From NCBI GenBank assembly GCA_051453625.1, contig JBOZIK010000001.1, forward strand, positions 18,755,062 through 18,789,837: DNA of 34,776 nt, written 5' to 3'. The position numbers were made by a program, and so were the translations under genes. The notes beneath the pieces were generated by a model. The model was not told the DNA's origin. It made no database searches and saw only the letters and a list, made by a program, of their open reading frames with translations. Positions 11,288 to 22,713 of the stretch are shown here, in pieces. Position 1 is the stretch's first letter; the number at the start of each line of letters is the position of its first letter. Source of the stretch: Welwitschia mirabilis (lineage: Eukaryota).

Positions 11288-12250
11288 CGTATTTGTTTAA
11301 TAAACAATTAAAAAAATTCAATCATTAAATGAAGACTAATAGGAATCACTAGAAATATATACTTATGAGAGATTCCCAATTATTATTACTTGTTATAAAC
11401 TTCTACCAAAATAAAGATTTCTATCCAAAGAAAACTGAGAAAAGAAGTGCTTTTAGGATAACTGATAGAGACATTTGCTAAAAAAATGAGTAAAACTAAG
11501 ATTTGATATTCCTTTCTTAATTAAAAATGGCCCCAATCCTAGTTTTGGTGTAGATATTTTAGTTTTAATTCATAGCGTCAAAGATATTTACCCCTTGAAA
11601 GATGTCTAAAATGAAAATAATGGACATCTACATTAATGACAACAGTAAGATGTGATTTCCTAGGAATGGTCTTCTCTAACTAGACTGTCATTCTGCACTC
11701 AAGATGAGAGAAGTTAAAGAGGATTTGATCTTTTTTATGCTTCTGAAAAATCTAATGTTCTTTTTGCATAGAATATTCGATCCATGAATTAAAAGTTCTC
11801 TGTGATGATTCATGATATAAATGAGACTGATATTGAGGAGCTTGAGTTTCTTAGATAATGTCCTTGCCTTTAGTTAAGTCAAACGGCTTTCTTCCCATTA
11901 TATTTACTTAATAAAGAAATTAAAAAACTAAATCATTAAATGAAAACTAATAGAAACCACCAAAAATGTACACTTATGAGAGATTCCCATTTATTCTTAC
12001 TTGTTTTGTAGACTTCAACCAAAATAAAGATGTTTATCCAAAGAAAATTGAGAAAAGAAGAGCTCTTAGAAGCACTAATAGAGACATTTACTGGAAAAAT
12101 GAGTAAAACTAAGATTTGATATTTCTTTCTTGATTAAAAAGGGTTCTAATACTAGTTTTGATGTAGATATTGTATTTTTAATTCATGGTATCAAAGATAT
12201 CTACCGCTTGAAATATGTCTAAAATGAAATAATAGACATCTACATTAATG
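11049..12250. repeat. ~600-bp diverged tandem duplication covering the env-like ORF start and its upstream spacer
   Basis: 11049-11639 and 11664-12250 align throughout (aatggtctt...ctaactagactgtcatt to gacatctacattaatga). Confidence 0.92.
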
Positions 12251-12699
12251 AAATACATCTATCTATTAAATTCTTAAAACATTTACCTAAAAGCTGTAAA
12301 GAAATCTATCATACCAAAGATGTGTAAGACAAAAATAAAACAATAGATGTCTACCTATTTGCAAGACATCTAACTAATTTACCAATGATAAACAATCAAC
12401 GATGGCTTTATGCATGAAAGAGATTTTTATCATAGACATCTACACTCCTGAGAGATGTCTATCCTACATTCCTAAAAACTTCTAGATACCTCCATTTGAA
12501 GACATTGTTAGAAAATTTAACTCATACTTGATAGCATATAATCCAATTCAATAGACTATAAAAACTTCAAATTAAAATGCAAGCTTAAGTCAAGCTTTAA
12601 GTACCACAACTTTTATCTCAACTCTTGAATGCTAACATAAGTGATATGCTAAATGAAGATTATAAAAAGATTACTTGCTAACTTATCTAATTAGACAAG

Positions 12700-13272
12700 G
12701 CTTAATACCAATGCTCAAGTAAAGCTTGAAGAACCTTTTCTCACCCAATGACTTAGTGAATACATCAGCTAGTTGATCCTCTATCTTAATGTATTCCAAA
12801 GTAATATCCCTATTTTATACATGTTCCCAAAGGAAACGATGTTTAATATCAATGTGATTTATTCTAGAATGTTGAATAGGATTTGTAGATATGTGGTTGC
12901 ACTTTTCTTGTCATAATAAATGTTCTTCATTCTAAGTTCAAAATCTTTCAAGGTTTACTTTATCTAGAGCATTTATGCACAAGAACTTCTAGCAATAATA
13001 TAATTAGCTTTGGTGGTTAAAACAGTACTTAATTTTTATTTCTTAGTACTTTATGATACTAGACATTATTCCAATAGGAAAAAAACCTCCATTTATGCTT
13101 CTTCTGTCATTTATGCAACTTGCCCAATCTACATCACAAGACCCTACTAGACTAAGGTAGGAGTCCTTTATCAAAGGCCTCAATTCGTAGTACCTTATAA
13201 ATAATGAAACATTGTTATGATAATAGTGGGATGTGATTTCCTAGGATCACTTTAATAATAAGCACAAATATG
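12700..13272 (-). pseudogene. SIRE pol remnant: RT C-terminus and RNase H
   Basis: CA..*SDPRKSH; LVGSCDVDWASCINDRRSINGG; HSRINHIDIKH; EDQLADVFTKSL. Confidence 0.9.
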
Positions 13273-13324
13273 TATATATGTTATGGTGCATATTTGTGCA
13301 AACGTTACATCCTCAAATAGATCC

Positions 13325-13335
13325 TGTAAATCACA

Positions 13336-13379
<44 letters not shown>

Positions 13380-14108
13380 TTTTGCATAACACAACACACT
13401 AATATAGATGGAAATGACCCAAATATCATAATTCCATCGAAGGCAAAGGCGAGAAGAAAGAGAATTGATTTAAAAAATAAAACATTTTGTAATCTCTAAG
13501 AAGAACAAAATAATAATGCAAAACAACAATGCAAATAAACACACTATGCAAATGGAATGCAAGTCCTATTCTAAATGCAACTTCTATCTGATTACCAAAT
13601 AAACCTATTATGGAGATCGGCCTTGTATAAACTAGATCAATCAAGGAAAGCTGTCACCAAACTAAGACCATCCTAAGCTATCAGGTGCGTTGAACTAAAA
13701 TATAAAAATAACGCAAAGTTAATCTAGGAAATGAAATGCAATGCACCTAAACTAATAATGTTAGCCTTAACAAAGGTTGCCCTTGTGATCTATATCACTA
13801 ATGAAGCTATCACAAAATCAGAAGCAACATAAACCATAAGGGAGATTTACATAATAAAAGATATGAAAAGAAAAATAGAGTTTTAATTAAAGCGAATCAA
13901 ATATCTGTGTTATAAAATAGCAACACCTCAATGAAGGATACACAACCCAACACTAAGGACGGTATCTCTCTGTAACAATAATGGATGGACCTCCTATCCT
14001 TTAATCTCTTGTCATGAGAATTTTCAGTGCCAAAGAATATGAAAATGGAGTCGAGGGTAGAGGAGGTGGTTATTACTAAACGGACTCTAAAATCAGTAAA
14101 CACAAACA
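13325..14108. mobile_element. Probable solo LTR or LTR-like insertion of unknown family
   Basis: Non-coding block starting tgtaaa and ending caaaca that abruptly interrupts a copia integrase on the right. Flanks gatcc/gacgc match only 3/5. Confidence 0.4.
13339..13377. repeat. (AT)n microsatellite
   Basis: About 19 AT units. Confidence 0.97.
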
Positions 14109-16005
14109 GACGCACTAACAAGAAAATCCTTGAACTCGATAGATGTATCCTCACCACCATTATCTGAGTGGAATCCTTTAATCTTGCAATCGGCCTAGCT
14201 TTCCACCTTAGTTTTGAACTTCTTAAAGATATCCAAAGCTTGAGATTTGGCCTTAATAAAGTAGACCCAAGCCATTCAAGTATGATTATTAATAAATAAA
14301 ATGAAGTACCAAAAGCCCTAAGAGGGGGCGGGGGGAGGAAGGGCGACTAGCATTAGAACACATAAATCACTGTGTATAAGCAAAATATTACCATCTGCAT
14401 GCCACTTACCTAATGCAAACTGTTGTCTAGTTGCTTTGCCCGTAATGTGTGCTTTACATTGGGCAAAATCCCATGGAATGGCTGGAAGAAGACAATGATC
14501 ATTTACACACATGGTGTTTAAAGTTCGAGGTGTGGATGCCCTAATCAAGCCATAGCAATGATGGAAAAATCTCATCCTGGGAAACTATTTAGGCTATTTC
14601 ATGCATTCTCACACATCCTCAAAAATAAGCAAGCTTCACATCCATGTATCTTTTCATAACCAACTTATTATTCCCCTTATAAATGTCCATGAAGTGCTTC
14701 ATCATGGAGACTACATGATCTTCTCTTAGCAAAGTTGTTAAGAGACAGAGGATGTAACCTCAAGGAAGGCACATATAGAACATGCGAGATGCTTTGTGAA
14801 GAAAGTGATGTCAAGTTAAAGGTAACTGAACTATACCCTTCCACAAGAGTCGGTGTTCAATTTGCGAGATATGCATGTCTTTGGGCTTTGACAAAGGTAT
14901 TAAGATAATCATACTTATAAGTCATGTGACGAGTTGCACCTATGTCAAGAATCCATGTCTCATCTTGAGGTATGTGCTCACTCCTACCAACAAAAACGAA
15001 GTTTTCAAACATAATATTGGATTCAAAAGGTTCATCATCTTCAAATCAACCATATTCTCCAATTATTGCACTTGCCTTAGGGGTAGATTCGATCTTTGCC
15101 CAAGGAATCCTACAAAAGTCTGAGATATAACCTTATCTTCCACACTGTGGGCATTCATATTTGTTTTTCTTCAGAGTAGCAATTTTTGGATCTAGGTTAT
15201 TCTTTTATTGAAACAGATTACAAAGAGGTGACATAGTAGATTGTTATTTCTATGGAGCCTTTCCTTTATCATAAGGCTTGTCTAAGTTGATGAGCTTTAT
15301 TTGCAGGTTGTTTGTTTTATTGCAAAGGGCCACGAGAATGAGAAACTTTGAATGCTACATTATATGACGAAGAGCCTATAAAGTTAAATTGCACTTTTGC
15401 GGCAATAAGATCTTTACTAAGCATGTTGAGTTCATATTGTGTAGTTGCTTACTTCTATGAAGAGATAGAGTGTAGCTATAAAGAGATGAATCCTCTAAAC
15501 AACAATGAACCAAGTTGACGTAATGAATGCATGCTGAATTCTTTGAGTCTATCTCGGCAACCTTTGCCTGAATATCTGTCATCTAAGTTATGAGCTGACA
15601 CATTTTACCTTTCTCGTAATGAAGGTTGTTCATGCTTATAATGAGGTTGATTAATTTTAGATCATTCTTTACATAAAATGTATCCCGTAAAGTACAATAG
15701 CTGGTATAACTTAACTTACTTCTATCAACCAAGTTTTGACGCAGAGTGGCCATTGGTTTTCGAATTATCTCTATGAGCTTGCTATCAATGGGTTCCCATC
15801 CTAATTCTGGAGAGGAACATATGCTTTATCGAAAAAATCTCTATCAAATCCATAAATGTTCATGATGGATATGAAGTCTTCATTGCATTCCTCTCAACTC
15901 TGATCATCATGTAAAGTTAACCTAAGGTTGGCCATGATTCCTGTAGTCAGGTGGCGTGAAGTTGTCTGACAAGATCTGGAACCTACCTTTTCAGATTGAA
16001 GCCAT
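14109..16005 (-). pseudogene. Ty1/copia gag-protease-GAG-pre-integrase-integrase remnant
   Basis: Candidate ATG at 16005; zinc knuckle CPQCGR*GYISDFC (~15110-15155); protease WILDIGATRHMT (~14925-14960); CKAHITGKATR...LIHSDLC; integrase WVYFIKAKSQALDIFKKFK...HSDNGGE. Confidence 0.88.
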
Positions 16006-16959
16006 GACGAATTATGAGAAGAGATAAAATAGGTTTGATAAGTTGTGAGGTAAAGTCGAATTCCAGAGGGATCTTGCTCACATCCACTACTAAAATCGAT
16101 CTATCTGTTACACAAAGAAATCTTGTCAAAACCCAAACAAAAAAAAGACAAGAAAAAATGAAGACAATGATATAGTTATAAGAAAAGGGATCTTGATCTC
16201 TTCCACAGTTTCAAGTGATCTATCCAAACTTCACAGTTAAGGTAGTTAAAAAGTGTACAACAAGCTCAGAAGATAGCGTACCCTGACATGGATCTCTGTT
16301 AACGTAAGGCTCCCTATGTGCCCAACACCAATCGATACTTATTGCCAATGAAGAATGTGATGTGTTTAAGGTGAATCTAATTTCCAGTTTTTAAAACCTT
16401 AATCACAAAAACTTAAAGTTAAGTGTGGAAAAAAGCAAAAGAAAAACAAAAGACAGACACACCAAAACACACACAAAGAGAATCAGATTTGGTATAGTTA
16501 AGCTAAGTGGATCTTGCTTAATATCCCAACTAAGCTTAATCTATCTAAATCATAAAGCTGAGTCTTATGAGGTAAAAAGGGAATCAAGTCAAATGGATAG
16601 TGCTCCACATCTTAAGCTTGACTTGATGAGAAAAAGATAAATGTTAAGGGCTTACAATGAATTAAAAAAATGCTCCAAAACCTTTAAAAAACATTAAAAA
16701 ATATTTAAAAGAGGGAGTTTTGGGCTTCTAAAAGTAAAAAATACCCAAAAAAAACTAACAAACCTTATAAAAAGGCTCAAAAACAAAAAAGGCTAAAAAT
16801 GCCCTATGTGCCCAAAACAGGGACAATGGCTAAGCAATAGCTCAGCTAACACGTGTGTGCTAAAAATAAAATGGCTAGCATAAAATCACATATATGCACA
16901 ATAAAAAAATAAGGAGCACAAATTTAAGAAATTAGATGTTTTTTCCCTTATCGCCGAGA

Positions 16960-18070
16960 CTCAATTCGGTGACCTTAGCATTTACAGAAGAGTGCTTTTG
17001 CCACTGCGCAAGGCACTATTGGCGTTTTGAAATAGCGAAAAAAAAATGGTTGCTGCTATCACTGTGCTTCAACATGGTGGTTAGTGAGCCTGGCGGGGCT
17101 AGTGATGTAGATGGGGCAGTAAGCTTGGGAGCAATAGCACAGGCAGAGCACAGCACACGGAACAGAGAGAACCCAAGTGACTGCGGCGTCAAGAAAAGAG
17201 CGGTTGCAGGGGCACAGGCAAGCTGCGCAAGGAGGCTATGGATGCAAGGAACAAGGCGGCTAGGACCGCACTAAAGTAACGACAACAGAGCGCAGGCGGA
17301 GCACCGGCAGCAGATGCATGGGTTGCGCTTGGAGCTCGGCGGGTGACAGTGCGGTGGGCGGTAACACAAAACGCTACAGTTGGCAGAGGACAGCGGGCAG
17401 ACAAGTGGAGTTGCGGCAGGTTGGCGATAGCAAAGCAGAGATAGCCCGAAGTGGAAGGAGTCAACACATGCGCAAAGTGGGCAAGCGCAGTCGCACGGTA
17501 GGGAGGCAGACGCAGCGGACGAGGATTGGCGTTGGGACGTGCACGCAGGCGCTAACAAGGCGGCACGCGGCGGGCTGAGAAGGTGAGACATCTCATAGGA
17601 AAGCCAGAAGCAGGTAGCTGACAGCGGCTGACATAGTGGAAGCAACAGCCTGTGAGTAGTGGCACTTCAATAGCACCGACGAAGGTGCAAGCACTTCTAA
17701 GTATCGGATCTAGTTTCCGACAGCGTTTTTGGCCAAGAATATGGTATGAGTTTTTGGAGCTTGAAGAGTCTTTAGTTACATGTTCTGTGCTTGATGAGCG
17801 CATGATCGATTCAAAATGGAATGACACTGGGTTTGATGCAATGGCTGTTGCCCCTCATGGAGCTTCAACTTTGAATCCGAATGCGCTATTGTTCATTTTG
17901 CTTGCTTATCAACTGATAGAGCGAAAAAACCTTAACTGCTGTAGCATGATGGCATTGGCAGCGTGCAGGATCCAAAACATGAAGACAACCAGAGATGAAA
18001 AACTGGAAACAGAAAACAATGTCGCACGATTGAAAACAAGAGATGGCAATGGGGGAAGTGGCGAAAGCAG
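16960..18070. other. GC-rich, CpG-retaining island, probably retroelement leader or a younger nested fragment
   Basis: Dense intact CG dinucleotides (e.g. gcggcacgcggcggg, gcgcaggcggagcaccgg) against a CpG-erased background; overlapping ORFs show no recognisable domain. Confidence 0.6.
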
Positions 18071-18416
18071 TGTAAGAAACAGCATGAAAAAGCTGTCATG
18101 CACCTCAGTTAGAAAATAGAGAAAAATAACTAAGGAATGCTTCTCCTTTGTTGCTTCTTTTCAAAGAAAAATCTTTAAAGATCAACTAAATGTAATACCA
18201 GTGCCTTTGCTATAAGGCTAAAAATTTTTCCAAAACTAAAAAACACAACTCTGCAAATAGATCTAAAAAAAGAAGAAATTTTAGATCATGTTAAGAGCAT
18301 GTAAAGGCATGCACAGGACATGCAAGCCCCCCAAGAAAAATGGAGCAGACAAGGAGCTCAAAGAAGCTCAACAATGGCCAAGAAACTCCAAGAGCCTCAA
18401 GAACCCTAGCCTGGAA

Positions 18417-18428
18417 GCACTAATACCA
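18417..18428 (-). promoter_or_regulatory. Decayed tRNA-Met(i) PBS of a copia element
   Basis: gcactaatacca versus gctctgatacca, followed by a 2-nt spacer and LTR-like sequence. Confidence 0.7.
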
Positions 18429-18430
18429 CT

Positions 18431-18598
18431 TACAGGGAACAGAAGAGCAAGAGCAAGATTCCCAAACTGAAATTTTTATTTCTCCCTCTCTTATTACATT
18501 AAAGAGCTTGCTTATAAAGGCAAGCACACCATTAGGGTTTCACTAGGGTTTTCACATATCCTTAAGTGTAGGACAATGTGTGCATACAAACCTTAGCA
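18431..18598 (-). repeat. Short putative 5' LTR of a minus-strand copia element
   Basis: Follows the PBS, contains a TATA-like cttataaag and tagggttt repeats, and ends ...agca where plus-strand gag-like sequence begins. No partner LTR is in the window. Confidence 0.5.
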
Positions 18599-21500
18599 CT
18601 TGGATGAGATTGTCTAGTGGCATGATTAATTCAAGCAAAAAGGTCAAGCACATCATGTAGTGGAGATGAGGCAAGTATCAGACTCATCTAATAATGAGCC
18701 AAAGTCATGTACATGATTGTGCATGTGACTAATGGGATAAAAAGAAGGCCTTTAGATCTAATAAGGAATAGATTCAAGCTCGTATTTTAGGTGATGAAAC
18801 TGATGTAATCGAAAGTGCAAATTCAGTGAAAACTAGTGTAGTGGACTATTAGATAATGAATTGAGAGCAACACAACATATAACTTCTACAAAAGATCTCT
18901 TCTACAAGCTGAATGAAAAGTTATGGAGTCTAGTTTGCATTGAAAACAAAGTTACTCAACCTATTCTAGGTAGTAGATCAGTGCTAATATAGACTTAAGA
19001 TTAAGCAAGAGGAAGAGACAAGTAGTACATTCTAAGTTTGAAGCATACTCTGCTCTCTTTGACCAATTTGATTGAAAGAGGTTATCATGTTATGATGATA
19101 AAACAGAAGGAATAGTCAACATTATGAAGAACGGAAACGCATATCTCATTTGTAAGCTAGATGAAAAACAAACTTATTTGAATGCTATGGCATTAACAGA
19201 TCAAGAACGGAGTACTATTTCACTCAAATTCGTGACTATGGCATATCATTATTTGGTTGAAGAGATATAAAATCCACAAAGATTTTGAAAGAAGCAATCT
19301 AGCATGCATGACTTGGTCATATACCATTAGAGGATTCATAATCCCAAGAGAGTTCCAAATGATCTACAAATAAAAACTCTATAGTGCAAAGTCTACATTT
19401 TAAATAAGATGATGAGGAAACCATTCAAGAAGAGCTATCATCAAGCCAAGGAGAAACTAGAGTCATTACACTTTCGTATATGTGAATCGCTACCAATTCA
19501 TACTCTATAAGGTAACTGCTATTTTGTCACTTTCATTGAGGATTTCACGAAGAAAGTATGAATCAAATGCTTCAAATATAAGTTGCAAATCTTTGAGATC
19601 TGCAAATCTTAGAGAAAGTCCGTTGAAAATGAATTTGGCTGCAAGATTAAAATCTTGTGTGTGGATAATGGAAGGGATTATGTCTCTAAAGGATTTGAGG
19701 AATATCTAAAGAAACATAGAATCAAACATCAAACCACTACTAAAAAGGGTAGAAGAATAGTGTCACAGAAAGAATGGACTATATGCTTCTTGATGTGGTA
19801 AGAGCCATGTTAATTTATATGAAGCTACTTGCTTACTTATTGGGTGAGGTTGTGGATACAACCTTTAGGACCCTAAATCGTATACCAGGAAAATGTAAAT
19901 AAAAACACCCAATGGATTATACACTAGATGTTCTTGTAGTATTCAATGGTTAGAGTGTTTAGCTCATTGTGTTGTGCATTCATCTTACCATGGCACCTTA
20001 ACAAATTTGGGTATAGGACACATATTATGTGGCATAAGGTTTCTTTCCTGAGAAAAGGAACATTGTGCTTTCTTGAGATGTGATCCTTGCCAAATATGAG
20101 GAAGAGCCATCAGATTAGATGAAGTTAAAATGCATATTGTGAAGCATAATGAAGTCATTTTGGGTGATGTCCTTATGCATATTTTAGTATTGCAAGGGAG
20201 GCCATCCTATCAATATGATGTCTCAAATGCAAATTTGGGATCTACTCATTGTTAGCTTTATCAATTTTTAGTGTAGGTAGTTACTCTAGGAGGACAAACA
20301 AGACAAGCAAGTCAATAGCCTGAACAATGGCAATAGGGCTATATTAAGGCTCAATGGTTTAGGAAATTTCATGTGGTTATATTGATCAACAAGAGACTGC
20401 TAAAGAAGAACGCGACATTAACATGAGGATATCTCAATGGACTCTTATAGGTCAACAAAGTCATGAGGTAGTCATCTCTTGAAGGAATTAAGGTCAGGTG
20501 AAGTAGGGAAAATAGGCACTCAGAAGGGGAGTGCAATCTATCAAGTAAGGATAGAAGATGAGGAAGAACCTACAGAACTTTACTTTACTTACAGTGAGAA
20601 ACCTGATGATGCCAAAGAGGCAAACAAGCTTCTAAAGTGGAGATATTCTATGTGCATGTAACATGAATCATTAATTAGAAATGGCAATTGGGAGTTTATA
20701 AAATTACCACTTGGCAAGAAATTGGTAAGAAACAAGTGGATTTTCAAAAAGCAAATACAAATCTGATTGAACACTCAACAAACATAAGGTAAGAGTAGTA
20801 GCAAAAGGATCCACTTGGAAAAATTGCATTAACTACATTGAAGTATTTGCACTCATGGTTCTATAGAAGATCATTCATATTTTGGTTGCATTGGCAACTC
20901 AGAAAGGGTGGAAAATGCATCAACTTGATGTAAAAACTACATTCCTCAATGGAGATCTTAAGGGAAAAAAACTACATGAATTAACCTAAAGGTTTTGAAG
21001 TTGGACGACAGGAACAAAAGGTGTGTGGACTTAGGAAGTTTTCATATGAATGGAAGCAAGTACCTTGAGTTTGGTATACCAAGTTGAAAGATAGCTTAAT
21101 AAAATTAGACTCTGAAATGTGTCTCTGTCAAGAGACAAATGCCATCTTGCTCCTCAAATGGTCAAATGGTAGAAACACATATCTTATCAACTTAATGTGA
21201 AAATTGCATTCCTCAATGGAGATCTTAAGGAGAAAATCCACATGGCATAACCTAAAGGATTTGAAGTTAGAGGATAAGAGCAAAAAGTGTAGACTTAGGA
21301 AATTTTCCTATGGATTAAAACAATCACCTCCTACTTAGTGTACTAAATCGAAAGATAGCTTAGCAAAATTAGAATTTAAAGTGTGTGACTATCAAGACAC
21401 AATGCAACTTTTTTAATGAAGCTATCAAATAGTCGTAGTACGTATCTTATCATATTAATGAATGATTTATTGATCACTAGACATAGTGAAACATGAATTA

Positions 21501-22376
21501 GCAAGGTATAAAAAAATATAGCCAAGGAATTTGGAATCACTGGTGTTGGATTGATGACATACCTAGTTGTAATAGTACTTCAAGAAGACAGATAGATATT
21601 TCTAAAATAATCTACATGTACACCAGTGATGCTAGAGAAGTTTGGAATTAAGAATGCAGAGACAATTTCAATACCAATGGATGAAAACGTGAAATTGTCA
21701 GATTATGAAGACTCTCAAGATGCAAGAGAAACTCTGTATCGTAGACCTTAGGGAAGCCTAATTAATTTTAGTAATACATAACCCAATGTTTCATATGCAA
21801 TGGAATACTAGCAAGGTATATGAAAAAACTAAAACAAAGCCATTACCATGCAGCAATATAAGTTCGTAGGTATTTAAACAAGACAGAGGATCTTGGTTTG
21901 GAGTTCAAAGAGAGTGATGAATTCAAACTAGAGGCATATTCAGATTCAAACTTTAGTAGATGCAAAGATACCAGGAGATTAGCAACAAGTTAACTAGCTC
22001 TTCATCAATCTAATGGAGATTAAAGAAGCAAAAATATTGTATCATATTTTTCAATAGAAACAAAATAAATTCTTGAATCAGAAACATGCAATGATGTTAT
22101 CTCAATGCTAAAAATTTCGAGCATCTAGACCTCACTAAAAAGGGCCTACAAAATTATATGTGGATAATCAATTTGCTATTGGCATAACAAAGAATCTAGT
22201 GTTTCATAATAAAGCAACATATACCCCCACAAGTCCACATGATATGTGAACTTGCTCAAAATGGTGTCATTGAAATGTAGCATCTCCCAATAGTCGAGTA
22301 GATTGCATACATTCTAATAAACCCTCTAGGTAAAGTGAAGATTGATTCAGATATCAACTAAGTTTAAGCAACATAA
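18599..22376 (+). pseudogene. Ty1/copia pol remnant (gag end, protease, integrase, RT, RNase H); no LTRs recognised
   Basis: ATQHITSTKDLF (protease region); NCYFVTFIEDF...KVW and DNGRDY (integrase); LPLGKKLVRNKWIFK, RVVAKG, GWKMHQLDVKTTFLNGDL (RT); LEAYSDSNFSRCKDTRR, LYVDNQFAIGITKNLVFH (RNase H). Many stops and frameshifts. Confidence 0.9.
20918..21452 (+). repeat. ~267-bp diverged tandem duplication inside the RT domain
   Basis: caactt(g/a)atgt..aaa.t.cattcctcaatggagatcttaagg at ~20921 and ~21188; both units end ...tatcttatca. Confidence 0.9.
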
Positions 22377-22713
22377 CATCCTCTTAGGGTAGCACAAGGA
22401 TAACACTTCTAGAAGATTCACTCTTTGGCAATTGAAGATCACTTCACTAAAGATTTTTCTTACTTAATTCTCAATTATACTTCAGTTAGGATCACACTTT
22501 AAATTGCGAGAAGTACCTACTGGTGTTAGGATCTTTAAGCCACTTGGCGCAGAATATCTTCATACTTTAAATTTCACATTTGCAAAGCGTTTTTATCTAA
22601 GTGCTCTAGTTTTCTAAAAACATTATTTGGTTGTGCATCATTCTTACATTGCTTGATGACCTTCTAAACTTGCCTCTTGATCCAGCTAATTTTTCAGAGC
22701 TCACAAAGTTATT

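Larger units (their letters stand above)
1335..13272 (-). mobile_element. Sirevirus (SIRE lineage Ty1/copia) element, 5'-truncated, carrying a nested Athila insertion
   Basis: Order on the minus strand is RT end/RNase H (13272-12700), spacer, env-like ORF, PPT, LTR. SIRE-type PPT/LTR signatures are present: catcaaaa, ccaa(c/t)aatctc...tttt(g/a)atgatg, and a gggg(a)tgaat terminal motif. Confidence 0.8.

Noticed and set aside
16936-18119. Cluster of overlapping 64-155 aa ORFs on both strands
   Set aside because: Expected from local high GC; no recognisable domain; low-complexity Ala/Cys/Ser/Arg content.
18188-18200. Second tRNA-Met PBS (tgtaatacca)
   Set aside because: Weak match with no recognisable LTR next to it.
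18532-18551. Interstitial telomere repeats (tagggttt)
   Set aside because: Only two imperfect units; such telo-box motifs are common in plant LTRs.
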